NCBI GenBank assembly: GCA_963664295.1
Contig: OY760935.1
Coordinates: 192,001 to 256,000, forward strand
Length of the DNA: 64,000 nucleotides
Reading direction: 5' to 3'
From: Candidatus Altimarinota bacterium
GTDB taxonomy: Bacteria > Patescibacteriota > Gracilibacteria > CAIRYL01 > GCA-016699755
How positions within the stretch are numbered: position 1 is the stretch's first letter; each line of letters begins with the position of its first letter. The notes beneath the pieces were generated by a model that was given only the letters and a program-made list of their open reading frames with translations, had not been told where the DNA came from and did no database searches. Position numbers and translations under genes: made by a program. Below, one piece after another: positions 40,801-49,195 of this stretch.

Positions 40801-41343
40801 ATAGGAGGAATAATCTCTGGCTTTCGCAAAATAACTACCAAAACAAAAAGCACAATGGCAGTAGCAACAATAGAAGATCCTACCGGCAAAATAGATGTAG
40901 TGTTTTTTCCAAAAACCTACGAAAAACACTATGAAACATTGGATAATGTAGAGATTTTATTCGTAAAAGGTAAATGGGATAAAAGAAATGGATTTTTGCA
41001 AATAATAGCTCAATCTATTGATACAGTTGGTTTTGAAAAAGCACGCAAACAGTCTAAAAAACTCCCACCACTTGAAAAAAAAGAAAGAAAAATTGAGGAA
41101 GAAATAAAAGAAATTGAAGAAGAAGTAATTCAAGAATGTGTTAAGCAAATTGAAAAATGGAACATACAAATTCCAAATGGGGTTACGCGAGAAGCATTAA
41201 AAAGTGTGCAAAAGGCTCTTCTTGATGCGCCAGGCGAATGTTCTGTTGAGATTGATATTAATGGGAAATGTGTTGTTTTTCCAAAAAAAGTAAAAAAATG
41301 CTCTGAGCTTGAGGATAAAGTGCAGAGGATTTTAATGGGGTGA
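37828..41343 (+). CDS. dnaE: DNA polymerase III alpha subunit
   Basis: PHP HLHVHSYYSLLDG, GPGRGSAAGS, FERFLNPERVSMPDIDMDF, KMDFLGL, FAGYGFNRSH, OB fold. Confidence 0.98.
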   Translation: MENKFVHLHVHSYYSLLDGLSSPEDLAKKAREQGSPALAITDHGNMHGVLEFFKACKKEGIKPILGCECFVAVRSLHDKEAGIDNERWHLLLLVKNKKGYENLLKMVTTSYLEGIYYKPRIDFELLKKHSEGLIACSACLQGEVPRAFTKKGIEEAKKVTQKHLDLFGEDFYLELQHHPNIPEQEQVNQALIQISKEMNIPLVATNDVHYANRDDADAHDTLLCIQTNALKSETARMSMADSDFSMIPPEEMYQYFSHVPEACKNTLKIAEKCDFKFEFGKHLLPQFPVENGGTDADYLRKKCEEGIMERFNFDTKNPQTEEQKEIVKRLDHELSVINSMGFASYFLIVWDFVKWAKEQNIAVGPGRGSAAGSLVSYVLKITDIDPLEHELFFERFLNPERVSMPDIDMDFADDRRDEVIEYVRNKYGSERVAQICTFGTMAARAAIKDVGRAYGIPFGEMNDFAKLIPDKPGTTLDEAIEVSSELKKDIESNEVHKKIFETAKKLEGCVRHVSVHACAVVISPDEVVRHMPLQHPPKDDQVIITQFSQKPVEALGLLKMDFLGLKNLTIMDKACKIIQRTKGVDIDFTKVSMEDKKTFQLLAKGETTGVFQLESAGMKRYLKQLKPNNFEDIIAMVSLFRPGPMEWIPDYIKGKHGKRKVTYVHESVKSILEKTFGIAIYQEQILKIAQVLAGFTLGEADILRRAIGKKIPEELASQRKKFIDGAEELGHSRDMAVEVFEKVVEPFAGYGFNRSHAASYAMIAYRTAYLKANYPTEFMAALLSCDAGNTDKVCRDIEECERMGIEILPPSVNDSLKNFTVVEEGKIRFGLSAVKGIGDGVVNDILSTRKNANFKDFEDFLLRVPQKIVNKKSLESLAKAGALSEFVDPKKVIENIETITAFAKANDAKNDNPLQEGLFGGMDDEPKASLNLPETEGSTRIERLSWEQEILGLFVSDHPLKNMENYFHKKGTLIENFFVENDKKMPKNPIKIGGIISGFRKITTKTKSTMAVATIEDPTGKIDVVFFPKTYEKHYETLDNVEILFVKGKWDKRNGFLQIIAQSIDTVGFEKARKQSKKLPPLEKKERKIEEEIKEIEEEVIQECVKQIEKWNIQIPNGVTREALKSVQKALLDAPGECSVEIDINGKCVVFPKKVKKCSELEDKVQRILMG

Positions 41344-41388
41344 TTTTAATTATTTTTTGTTTTCGTTATTGTGAGTCTGTTTGCTCTC

Positions 41389-42187
41389 TGTCATCCTGAG
41401 TGAGCGTAGCGTAGCGAAGCGAAGAATCTCCCGTTGTCATTACTGTTGAATTACCTAAGGCAGAACTTGAGCGCATGGCAAAGGAGATTGCGGATCAAGT
41501 CCGCAATGACAAGGTAGGGATTGAGCAAATGGACAAGGAGATTGTGGGTCGTAGCCTGCAATGACACCCCAAAAAGTCCACAATGACAAATATGATGTCA
41601 TCCTGAACTCGATTCAGGATCTCCCGTTGTCATTACTGTTGAATTACCTAAGGCAGAACTTGAGCGCATGGCAAAGGAGATTGCGGATCAAGTCCGCAAT
41701 GACAAGGCAGGGATTGAGCAAATGGACAAGGAGATTGTGGGTCGTAGCCTGCAATGACACCCCAAAAAGTCCACAATGACAAATATGATGTCATCCTGAA
41801 CTCGATTCAGGATCTCCCGTTGTCATTACTGTTGAATTACCTAAGGCAGAACTTGAGCGCATGGCAAAGGAGATTGCGGATCAAGTCCGCAATGACAAGG
41901 CAGGGATTGAGCAAATGGACAAGGAGATTGCGGGTCTTAGCCCGCAATGACACCCTAAAAAGTTCGGAATGACAAATATGATGTCATCCTGAACTCGATT
42001 CAGAATCTCCCGTTGTCATTACTGTTGAATTACCTAAGGCAGGACTTGAATTAGTGTTCAAGGAGATTCTTCGCTCCATTTCATTTCGCTCAGAATGACA
42101 GCAAGGGAGTGTTTTTCGCTCAGAATGACACCTCCCGAGATTGCGGGTCGTAGCCCGCAATGACACCCTAAAAAGTCCGGAATGACA
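41389..42187. repeat. Tandem array (period 193 bp, about 3.3 copies) of the palindromic REP/REPIN-like element, cluster C
   Basis: ATCTCCCGTTGTCATTACTG recurs at 41426, 41619, 41812 and 42005; units near-identical, each with one left arm and several right arms ending AATGACA. Confidence 0.93.
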
Positions 42188-42339
42188 TTTTTAATTCTTG
42201 GATTATAGGATTAACTCCGCAATAATAAAAAAATTCATTAATTACAAAAAATTACGTCAAAAATATCCAAAAAAACATCAAAAATTAGAAAAATTAAAAA
42301 TTTTTTTATAGCTTAAATAAGCCATAAAAGCCATTTTTC

Positions 42340-42385
42340 TTGACTTTAGCGTATTACTGTATTAGTGTACCGGTACACTAATACA
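42340..42385 (+). promoter_or_regulatory. trp operon promoter with overlapping TrpR-type operator
   Basis: TTGACT(42340)-N17-TAGTGT(42363); perfect palindrome TGTATTAGTGTAC-CG-GTACACTAATACA (42358-42385), equal to two TrpR-like 18-mers offset by 8 bp. Confidence 0.8.
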
Positions 42386-42401
42386 TAATTTAATAATTAA
42401 T

Positions 42402-42704
42402 ATGACAATTTCAGCAAAAAATAAGGATCAATTTTTTAAAGAGGCTTCCAAAGCGTTTACTCTTCCAAAAAATACTCATGAAATGAGTGAATTACTCAGG
42501 GGTATTCTTACTCCAGATGAAGTTGAACAAATAGCTTTGCGGTGGCAGGTTGTAAAAAGCTTGCTTGAAGGCGAGCCTCAGCGAGATATTGCCGAAAAAT
42601 TAGGAATAAGCATAACCACAATTACTCGTGGTAGTCGTGAAATTAAGCACGGCACAGGCATATTTCAAAAAATTTACCAAAGATTTACAGGTAAAAAATT
42701 ATGA
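42402..42704 (+). CDS. trpR: Trp operon repressor (TrpR family)
   Basis: LTPDEVEQIALRWQVVKSLLEGEPQRDIAEKLGISITTITRGS aligns by eye to E. coli TrpR LTPDE...QRE...IATITRGS; first gene of the trp operon. Confidence 0.88.
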   Translation: MTISAKNKDQFFKEASKAFTLPKNTHEMSELLRGILTPDEVEQIALRWQVVKSLLEGEPQRDIAEKLGISITTITRGSREIKHGTGIFQKIYQRFTGKKL

Positions 42705-44215
42705 GCACACAGCAATTAATATTTGGATCATTAGAATTTTTAAAAGCACAAAAACAACTTGAATATAAAAAAGACAATATTAGCCATTATTTCCCCTTAA
42801 TAAGAGAAGAAAGTAATCCGTTTATTTTAGAATCAAAAGATATTTCTGATGTGTATGGTCGCCTTTCTTTGATCGGCTTTGATCCAATTATAAAAATCAC
42901 AGGCAAAAATAATTCCTTTGAAATAGCTCTTTTGCAAGAGCGAGGAAAAATCTTTTTTGATGAAATAGATGAAAGTGATTTTTCTTTGATTAAGGATTTT
43001 AAAAAAACTGACTCCAAGATAAGTGCGACCTTAGAAGAGCAGGAAGGAGTTTTTTCTGAAGAAAATCACACAAAAAAACACACTATTGCGGATAGTTTGC
43101 GGATTTTTCTTGATAAATTTAAAGCAGATCAAAAATGCTTTTTTGGTCTTTATGGCGCTTTTGCTTATGATTTCGTACGTCTTTTTGAGGATTTACCAAA
43201 TATAGCAGAGGATCAAGGCGATCCTGATTTTTGTTTTTATATTTACGATAGTTTTTTGTATTTTGATCACTTAAAAGAAAAAGCAGAACTTATTTTGTAT
43301 CGCAATTCTAAGCTTGAGTGTGATTATTCACTTAAAAAAATCAGTAAAAATTTAACAAAATCGTCAAAAGAAAAAGAGGGAGCTTATAAGATTACCAATC
43401 CTGCTTTTGATCTTGAACAAAAAGAGTATGAAGAATTAGTAAAAAAAGCCAAAGAGCTGGCAAGACAAGGAGAGACTTTTGAAGTGGTTTTTTCTCGCAC
43501 TTTAAAAGCGGATTTTGATGGTGATCCTTTTGCTTTGTATCAGGTTTATCAAGAAAAAAACCCCTCACCGTATATGTTTTATTTTGATTTTGGTGATGAG
43601 TTTTTGGTTGGTGCTTCGCCAGAGATGATGCTTAGGGTTGAAGATGGTGTTTGCAATACGCGCCCTATTTCCGGCACTATGCCAAGAGGAAAAAATCCAA
43701 TTGAGGATCATGAAAACATGCTTCATCTTTTGTCTTCAGAAAAAGAACGAGCAGAATTAGACATGCTTATAGATTTGGCGCGCAATGATTTGGCGCGGAT
43801 TTGTGAACCAGGAATTGAGATTACTGAATATCGTAAGGTGGAAAAATATTCTCGAGTTATGCACACTATTGCCCATGTTATTGGCAATTTGAAAAAAAAT
43901 TATACTGCACTTGATGCTTATATTGCTTGTGCAAATGCTGGCACTTTGACTGGTGCCCCTAAGGTGCAGGCTATGATTGAAATTGAAAAGCATGAGAAAA
44001 CTCGTCGTGGTTTTTATGGTGGTGCTGTAGGCTATTTTTCTTTTTCCGGAGATATGGATACAGCAATTATTATTCGTACAGCCCATATTAAAAACAAAAA
44101 ACTCAGCTTGCGCGTTGGTGCTACTTTGCTTTATGACTCTGATCCTGCTTTTGAATATAACGAAACCAAGGCAAAATCTCAGGCTTTTGTTGATACTTTT
44201 GCTCAATCGAAATGA
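42701..44215 (+). CDS. trpE: Anthranilate synthase component I
   Basis: ILES, NPSPYMFY, GASPEM, RPISGT, KERAELDMLIDLARND, GTLTGAPKVQAM, RGFYGG. Confidence 0.93.
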   Translation: MSTQQLIFGSLEFLKAQKQLEYKKDNISHYFPLIREESNPFILESKDISDVYGRLSLIGFDPIIKITGKNNSFEIALLQERGKIFFDEIDESDFSLIKDFKKTDSKISATLEEQEGVFSEENHTKKHTIADSLRIFLDKFKADQKCFFGLYGAFAYDFVRLFEDLPNIAEDQGDPDFCFYIYDSFLYFDHLKEKAELILYRNSKLECDYSLKKISKNLTKSSKEKEGAYKITNPAFDLEQKEYEELVKKAKELARQGETFEVVFSRTLKADFDGDPFALYQVYQEKNPSPYMFYFDFGDEFLVGASPEMMLRVEDGVCNTRPISGTMPRGKNPIEDHENMLHLLSSEKERAELDMLIDLARNDLARICEPGIEITEYRKVEKYSRVMHTIAHVIGNLKKNYTALDAYIACANAGTLTGAPKVQAMIEIEKHEKTRRGFYGGAVGYFSFSGDMDTAIIIRTAHIKNKKLSLRVGATLLYDSDPAFEYNETKAKSQAFVDTFAQSK

Positions 44216-44799
44216 AATTTAAGAAAATATTACTAATAGACAACTTTGACTCATTTACCTTTAATTTGGTGGATTTTTTTGAAATTTTGGGAGCAGAAGT
44301 AAAGGTTTATCGCAATAATGTTTCTCTTGAGCTTATTGATAAACAGAGTTTTGATCTTTTGGTTTTTTCTCCTGGTCCTAGTGTGCCCAAAAATGCTGGC
44401 AATCTTATGGAGATAATTGATAAATACAAAGAAAAATCACCTATGTTTGGAGTTTGTTTGGGTCATGAGGCAATTACTGAAGCTTTTGGTGGTTCATTGA
44501 AGTTTGTTGAGCCTGTCCATGGTCGGCGTTCAGATATTCATCATGATGAAAAAACAATTTTTAAAGATTTACCAACACCATACAAGGCAGGTCGTTATCA
44601 TTCTTTGGTGAGTGATTTTATTCCTGATTGTTTTGAAATTAGCGCTGAAACTGATAATTTGGTAATGGCAATGCGACATAAAACTTTGCCGATTGAGTCT
44701 GTGCAGTTTCATCCGGAGTCTGTTCTGACAATGGAGAATGAAAATGGCTTAAAGATGATAAAAAACATTCTTAATGGTAATTTTGCTAATTTAAAATGA
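44212..44799 (+). CDS. trpG: Anthranilate synthase component II (glutamine amidotransferase)
   Basis: IDNFDSFTFNL, SPGP, GVCLGHE, RYHSL, QFHPES. Confidence 0.93.
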   Translation: MKFKKILLIDNFDSFTFNLVDFFEILGAEVKVYRNNVSLELIDKQSFDLLVFSPGPSVPKNAGNLMEIIDKYKEKSPMFGVCLGHEAITEAFGGSLKFVEPVHGRRSDIHHDEKTIFKDLPTPYKAGRYHSLVSDFIPDCFEISAETDNLVMAMRHKTLPIESVQFHPESVLTMENENGLKMIKNILNGNFANLK

Positions 44800-45263
44800 T
44801 TGATGATTTAATAATTCGGTCAGCAAAAAAAGAAGATTTTGAGCAGGTTTTTAGCCTTGTTATTCAGCTGGAAGAGCTTTATGGAGATCCAATAGAGTAT
44901 TTTATGAAAAATAAGCCTGCTTATCAGGTTCAATTTGAAAAAAATTTGAAAATAAAAAATTTTTTTATGAAAGTAGCCGAGCTTAATGGTCATATTATTG
45001 CTTATATAGCCTATTCTCCCATTATTGGTAATTGGAATATTAATGATAAGCATTGGGAAATTGCTGAACTTTGTGTTGATAAAGATTTTCGCAATCAAAA
45101 AATTGGCGAAAAAATGCTTGATTATGTAGAAAATATAATGAGAAAAAAAGATGTTTCTGTTGTGCATCTTGGATCAGAGATTGTTAGAAAAGATGCTCAT
45201 AGATTTTATGAAAATCATGGTTTTGAGAAAAAATATTTTAAATTTAGAAAAAATATTAAATAA
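44796..45263 (+). CDS. GNAT family N-acetyltransferase inside the trp operon
   Basis: IRSAKKEDF, ELCVDKDFRNQKIGEKML, AHRFYENHGF; ATGA overlap with trpG. Confidence 0.88.
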   Translation: MIDDLIIRSAKKEDFEQVFSLVIQLEELYGDPIEYFMKNKPAYQVQFEKNLKIKNFFMKVAELNGHIIAYIAYSPIIGNWNINDKHWEIAELCVDKDFRNQKIGEKMLDYVENIMRKKDVSVVHLGSEIVRKDAHRFYENHGFEKKYFKFRKNIK

Positions 45264-45274
45264 ATAATTCAATT

Positions 45275-46258
45275 ATGATTAATTCAATTTTACACAAATT
45301 AAGCACAAAAGAAGCACTCACCAAGCGTGATGTTGAGACTTTGTTTACTGATCTTGTTTCTGATGCGGAGCGAAAAGAATTTTTGTTGCTTTTGAATGAA
45401 AGAGGTGTCACTGCTGAGGATATTGCACTTTTTGTTGAAGTTTTATTGCCAAAAAAGTTTCCGGAAATGCCAGAGGCAATTGATGTTTGCGGAACTGGAG
45501 GATCAGGATTAAAAAGAATTAATACCTCAACTATTGCATCTTTTGTCCTTGCTTCTGCTGGAATTGGTATTGCCAAACATGGCAACAGGGCTTCTTCTGG
45601 GCGTTTTGGCAGTTTTGATTTATTGGAAAAATTGGGTGTAAATATTGATTTTGATGAGAAAAAGCTTAAAGAGGCATATAAAAAAACAGGTTTGGCCTTT
45701 ATATTTGCACAAAAGTTTTTTCCTGCCATGAGATATTTTGCGCAAGTGCGAAAAGATATTAGCGCACCTACTGTTTTTAATTTTCTTGGGCCTTTACTTA
45801 ACCCTGCTCAGCCTAAGAAGCAGGTTATTGGAACTTGCTCCAAAGACAATGCAGTCTTACTTGCCAAGGCTTCAAAATTATTAGGTAAGGAGCATGTTGT
45901 TGTGGTTAGTGGCTTGGATCGTTTGGATGAGATTACTATTTCGAATATGACTTATTGTTGTGAGATGAAAGATGGTGAGATTAATGAATTTATGATTTCT
46001 CCTGATGACCTTGGTTTTGAGAGAGTTTTGTTTAAAAAAATTGCTGGCGGTACGCCAGTTGCTAATACTTATGTTGCTATGCAGATTTTGAATGGTACTT
46101 GCGAAACTGCGCATGTGAATTTAGTTTTGGCAAATGTGGCTTTTATCCTCTTTTTTATGGGTAAGGTGGACACTCCTCGAGAAGGCGTGATGATGGCTGA
46201 GGAGATTATTAAAAAAGGCTTGGCTTTGGAAAAATATAATGCCTATAAAGCACTTTAA
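45275..46258 (+). CDS. trpD: Anthranilate phosphoribosyltransferase
   Basis: DVCGTGG, NTST, KHGNRASSG, FNFLGPLLNP, LDEI. Confidence 0.95.
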   Translation: MINSILHKLSTKEALTKRDVETLFTDLVSDAERKEFLLLLNERGVTAEDIALFVEVLLPKKFPEMPEAIDVCGTGGSGLKRINTSTIASFVLASAGIGIAKHGNRASSGRFGSFDLLEKLGVNIDFDEKKLKEAYKKTGLAFIFAQKFFPAMRYFAQVRKDISAPTVFNFLGPLLNPAQPKKQVIGTCSKDNAVLLAKASKLLGKEHVVVVSGLDRLDEITISNMTYCCEMKDGEINEFMISPDDLGFERVLFKKIAGGTPVANTYVAMQILNGTCETAHVNLVLANVAFILFFMGKVDTPREGVMMAEEIIKKGLALEKYNAYKAL

Positions 46259-46320
46259 TAAAACTTATTTAAGTTTTTTGTATAAAATATTTGTTCATTA
46301 AAATTTTGCTGTTATTTTAT

Positions 46321-46487
46321 TATTCGTTTAGGCGAATTCCCTTCAGAATGACAGAGAGGCGATGCCTAAGGTAGACTTTGAGCAAATGTCCAAGGAGATT
46401 GCGGATCAAGTCCGCAATGACAAAGCAGGACTTGAGCGCATGAACAAGGAGATTCTTCGCTCCGTTTCACTCCGCTCAGAATGACAA
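46321..46487. repeat. Palindromic REP-like cluster D (right arms and partial cores) inside the trp operon
   Basis: GGAGATTGCGGATCAAGTCCGCAATGACA and GGAGATTCTTCGCTCCGTTTCACTCCGCTCAGAATGACA, shared with clusters C and E. Confidence 0.85.
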
Positions 46488-46622
46488 GGTGGGTGCGCGC
46501 TTAGGTTAGTCTGTTGGTATAGAAAATTATAAATGGCGAAAGAAAATTATTATAGGCAATCGCAGAATCGACTCATAGTTATAATTTGCCTTAAGGCTTA
46601 GCAGCAAAATAATATAAATTAT

Positions 46623-47966
46623 ATGAATATTCTTGAAAAAATTACGGCATATAAAAAGCAAGAAATAAAAAATTTGCCTCCAAAAGGTGAGCGCAAATTT
46701 GCGCATAAAGATTTTTTACAAGCAATACAAGGCAAAGAAAAAATAAAACTAATTGCAGAAATAAAGCAAAAATCCCCATCTAATCCACAAATTTTTCAAG
46801 GAGAAAATTTTAATCCAGTAGAAATAGCAATAAAGTACAAAAACGCAGGAGCAAGCGCTATTTCTGTGCTTACCGATAAGCAATTTTTTGGTGGCAGTTT
46901 TAATGATCTTGCAAAAGCAAAAGAAGCTTCGGATTTGCCTGTTTTGGCAAAAGATTTTTTTATTTCCAAAGAGCAAATTGATGTAGCTTATCAGCATGGT
47001 GCTGATGCGATTTTGTTGATTGTAAAAATACTTTCTTTGGCTGAATTGCAGGATTTGCTTGTATATGCCGAAGAAAAAGGGCTGTCTGCATTGGTAGAAA
47101 TTGCAGATGAAGATGATTTGCAAAAAGTTTTGCAAACTTCAGCCAAAATAATTGGCATAAATAATCGTAATTTGGAAAATTTTGTCACCAAGCGAATAAA
47201 TACTTTTAAATTAGCAAAAAAATTACCAAAAGATTGTGTAATTGTTTCCTTGAGTGGTTTGCGTGGTGCTGATGTACAGGTTTTTAAAGGTCTTGTTGAT
47301 GCGGTTTTGGTGGGTACTCAAATTATGCAGGCAGAAAATTATGAGAAAAAAATAAAAGAATTTATAAAACCACGGCCTCTTTTGAAAATTTGTGGAGTGC
47401 GAGATCAAAAAACTGCTGAATATTGTGAAAAAATTGGAGTTGATTTTTGTGGATTTAATTTTGTGCCTTCTTCTAGGCGTGTTGTTGAGCTTGATCTGGC
47501 TAGTGATTTGCGAAAATGCTTGAAAAATACTTTTGCCGTGGGGGTTTTTCAAAATCAGGATTTGGATTATGTGAACAAAATTGCTGATGAGCTTGATCTT
47601 GATTTTGTGCAATTGCATGGCGAGGAAAGCCCTATTTATTGCGAAAAAGTCGCTCGACCAATAATTAAGGTAATTTCTTTGGAGAATGAAAAAGATTTAG
47701 AAAAAATTAGTCAATACGAGCAAGTAGTGGATATTTTACTTTTTGATGCTAGGCAGGCGGGTGCTGGTGAAGAATTTGATCATAATTTATTACAAAATAT
47801 TGCAATAAATAAGCCGTTTTTTATTGCTGGTGGGGTTAACGTAAACAATGCACAGAAAATTATTAGTAAATTTGACTTAATTGGTTTGGATACTGCCAGC
47901 GGAGCAGAAGAAGATGGGCAGATTTCTTTAGATAAAATTTCTCAACTTTTTAATTTATTATCATGA
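46623..47966 (+). CDS. trpCF: Bifunctional indole-3-glycerol-phosphate synthase / phosphoribosylanthranilate isomerase
   Basis: IAEIKQKSPS, ISVLTDKQFFGGS, KDFFI, GINNRNL; then KICGVR, VQLHGEE, FIAGG. Confidence 0.93.
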   Translation: MNILEKITAYKKQEIKNLPPKGERKFAHKDFLQAIQGKEKIKLIAEIKQKSPSNPQIFQGENFNPVEIAIKYKNAGASAISVLTDKQFFGGSFNDLAKAKEASDLPVLAKDFFISKEQIDVAYQHGADAILLIVKILSLAELQDLLVYAEEKGLSALVEIADEDDLQKVLQTSAKIIGINNRNLENFVTKRINTFKLAKKLPKDCVIVSLSGLRGADVQVFKGLVDAVLVGTQIMQAENYEKKIKEFIKPRPLLKICGVRDQKTAEYCEKIGVDFCGFNFVPSSRRVVELDLASDLRKCLKNTFAVGVFQNQDLDYVNKIADELDLDFVQLHGEESPIYCEKVARPIIKVISLENEKDLEKISQYEQVVDILLFDARQAGAGEEFDHNLLQNIAINKPFFIAGGVNVNNAQKIISKFDLIGLDTASGAEEDGQISLDKISQLFNLLS

Positions 47967-49195
47967 AAAATCTCAAAAACTATGTGTTGAACAAAAAAGG
48001 TAGATTTGGTGATTATGGTGGGCGTTTTGTTCCAGAAACTCTTGTGCCTACAATGGACAAACTTGCTGAGGAGTTTTTTAAGGCAATTAAAGATAAAAAT
48101 TTTCTTGATGAATTAAATATTTTACGCAGAGATTTTGCAGGTAGGCCAACTTCACTTTTGTATCTTGATAAGCTGACAAAAAATTTAGGTGGAGCAAAAA
48201 TTTATCTTAAAAATGAAGGAATGTTGCATACTGGTGCGCATAAAATGAATCATTGTCTTGGGCAGGGACTTTTGTGTAAGCGCATGGGTAAAAAAAGAGT
48301 AATTGCTGAAACAGGGGCAGGGCAACATGGATTAGCAACTGCTACTATGTGTGCAAAACTTGGCTTGGAATGTGTTGTTTATATGGGCGCAAAAGATGTT
48401 GAGCGCCAAAGGCCGAATGTTTTTTGGATGGAAAGATTGGGCGCAAAAGTTGTGCCTGTTTATGAGGGCGGTCAGGTCCTTCGTGATGCCATTAACGCGG
48501 CTATGCGTGATCTTATGGCTGATCCAGAAAATACACATTATCTTCTTGGTACTGTTTGCGGTTGTCATCCCTATCCCGTGATGAATACTTATTTTCAAAA
48601 AATAGTTGGTGAAGAGGTGAAAAAAGAATTTAAAAAAAGAGAAGGAAAATTGCCAAATAAACTTGTTGCCTGTGTTGGCGGAGGGTCAAATGCTATGGGA
48701 CTTTTTCATGCTTTTTTAGATGAAAAAAATGTAGAGCTTATTGGCGTAGAGGCTGGAGGAAAGGGTATAAAAGGCACAGATCATGCAGCTCGTTTTCAAA
48801 AAGGTTCAGTTGGAGTTTCTGAGGGTATGAAATCTTATTTTCTTCAAAATCATGATGGGCAGATGCAAAATACTCATTCTATTTCCGCTGGCTTGGATTA
48901 TTCTGGTGTTGGACCTCAGCTTTCTTATTTGAAAGAAATTGGACGAGTTCAATTTACTTACGCCACCGATGATAAGGTGATTAAAGCTTGGGAAACTTTG
49001 GCAAAAGAAGAGGGGATTTTTCCTGCTTTGGAATCTTCCCATGCTCTTGCTAAGACTATTGAGCTTGCACCAAAAATGAAAAAAAGTGAGAGTATTGTCT
49101 TTAATATGTCTGGCAGGGGAGATAAAGACCTTTTCATAGTCACCAAGGCAGTTGGTGATGAAAATTTTAGAAAATTTTTAAAATCTCAAATATGA
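47963..49195 (+). CDS. trpB: Tryptophan synthase beta chain
   Basis: HTGAHKMN, AETGAGQHG, CVGGGSNAMG, SISAGLDYSGVGP, PALESSHA, SGRGDKD. Confidence 0.98.
   Translation: MKNLKNYVLNKKGRFGDYGGRFVPETLVPTMDKLAEEFFKAIKDKNFLDELNILRRDFAGRPTSLLYLDKLTKNLGGAKIYLKNEGMLHTGAHKMNHCLGQGLLCKRMGKKRVIAETGAGQHGLATATMCAKLGLECVVYMGAKDVERQRPNVFWMERLGAKVVPVYEGGQVLRDAINAAMRDLMADPENTHYLLGTVCGCHPYPVMNTYFQKIVGEEVKKEFKKREGKLPNKLVACVGGGSNAMGLFHAFLDEKNVELIGVEAGGKGIKGTDHAARFQKGSVGVSEGMKSYFLQNHDGQMQNTHSISAGLDYSGVGPQLSYLKEIGRVQFTYATDDKVIKAWETLAKEEGIFPALESSHALAKTIELAPKMKKSESIVFNMSGRGDKDLFIVTKAVGDENFRKFLKSQI

Noticed and set aside
35095-41343. Inteins or introns in dnaB and dnaE
   Set aside because: Both have normal lengths with contiguous motifs.
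41561-42166. ORF-track peptides in the repeats (MTPQKVHND... twice; CHSERNE...), and similar ones at 7399, 20714-21005 and 56655-57030
   Set aside because: They are translations of the palindromic repeat, with no independent coding evidence.
41389-42187. Possible CRISPR array
   Set aside because: Units are 193 bp and near-identical throughout, with no unique spacers and no cas genes in the window.
46533-46601. 22-codon ORF MAKENYYRQSQNRLIVIICLKA upstream of trpCF as an attenuator leader
   Set aside because: No Trp codons and no terminator/antiterminator structure.
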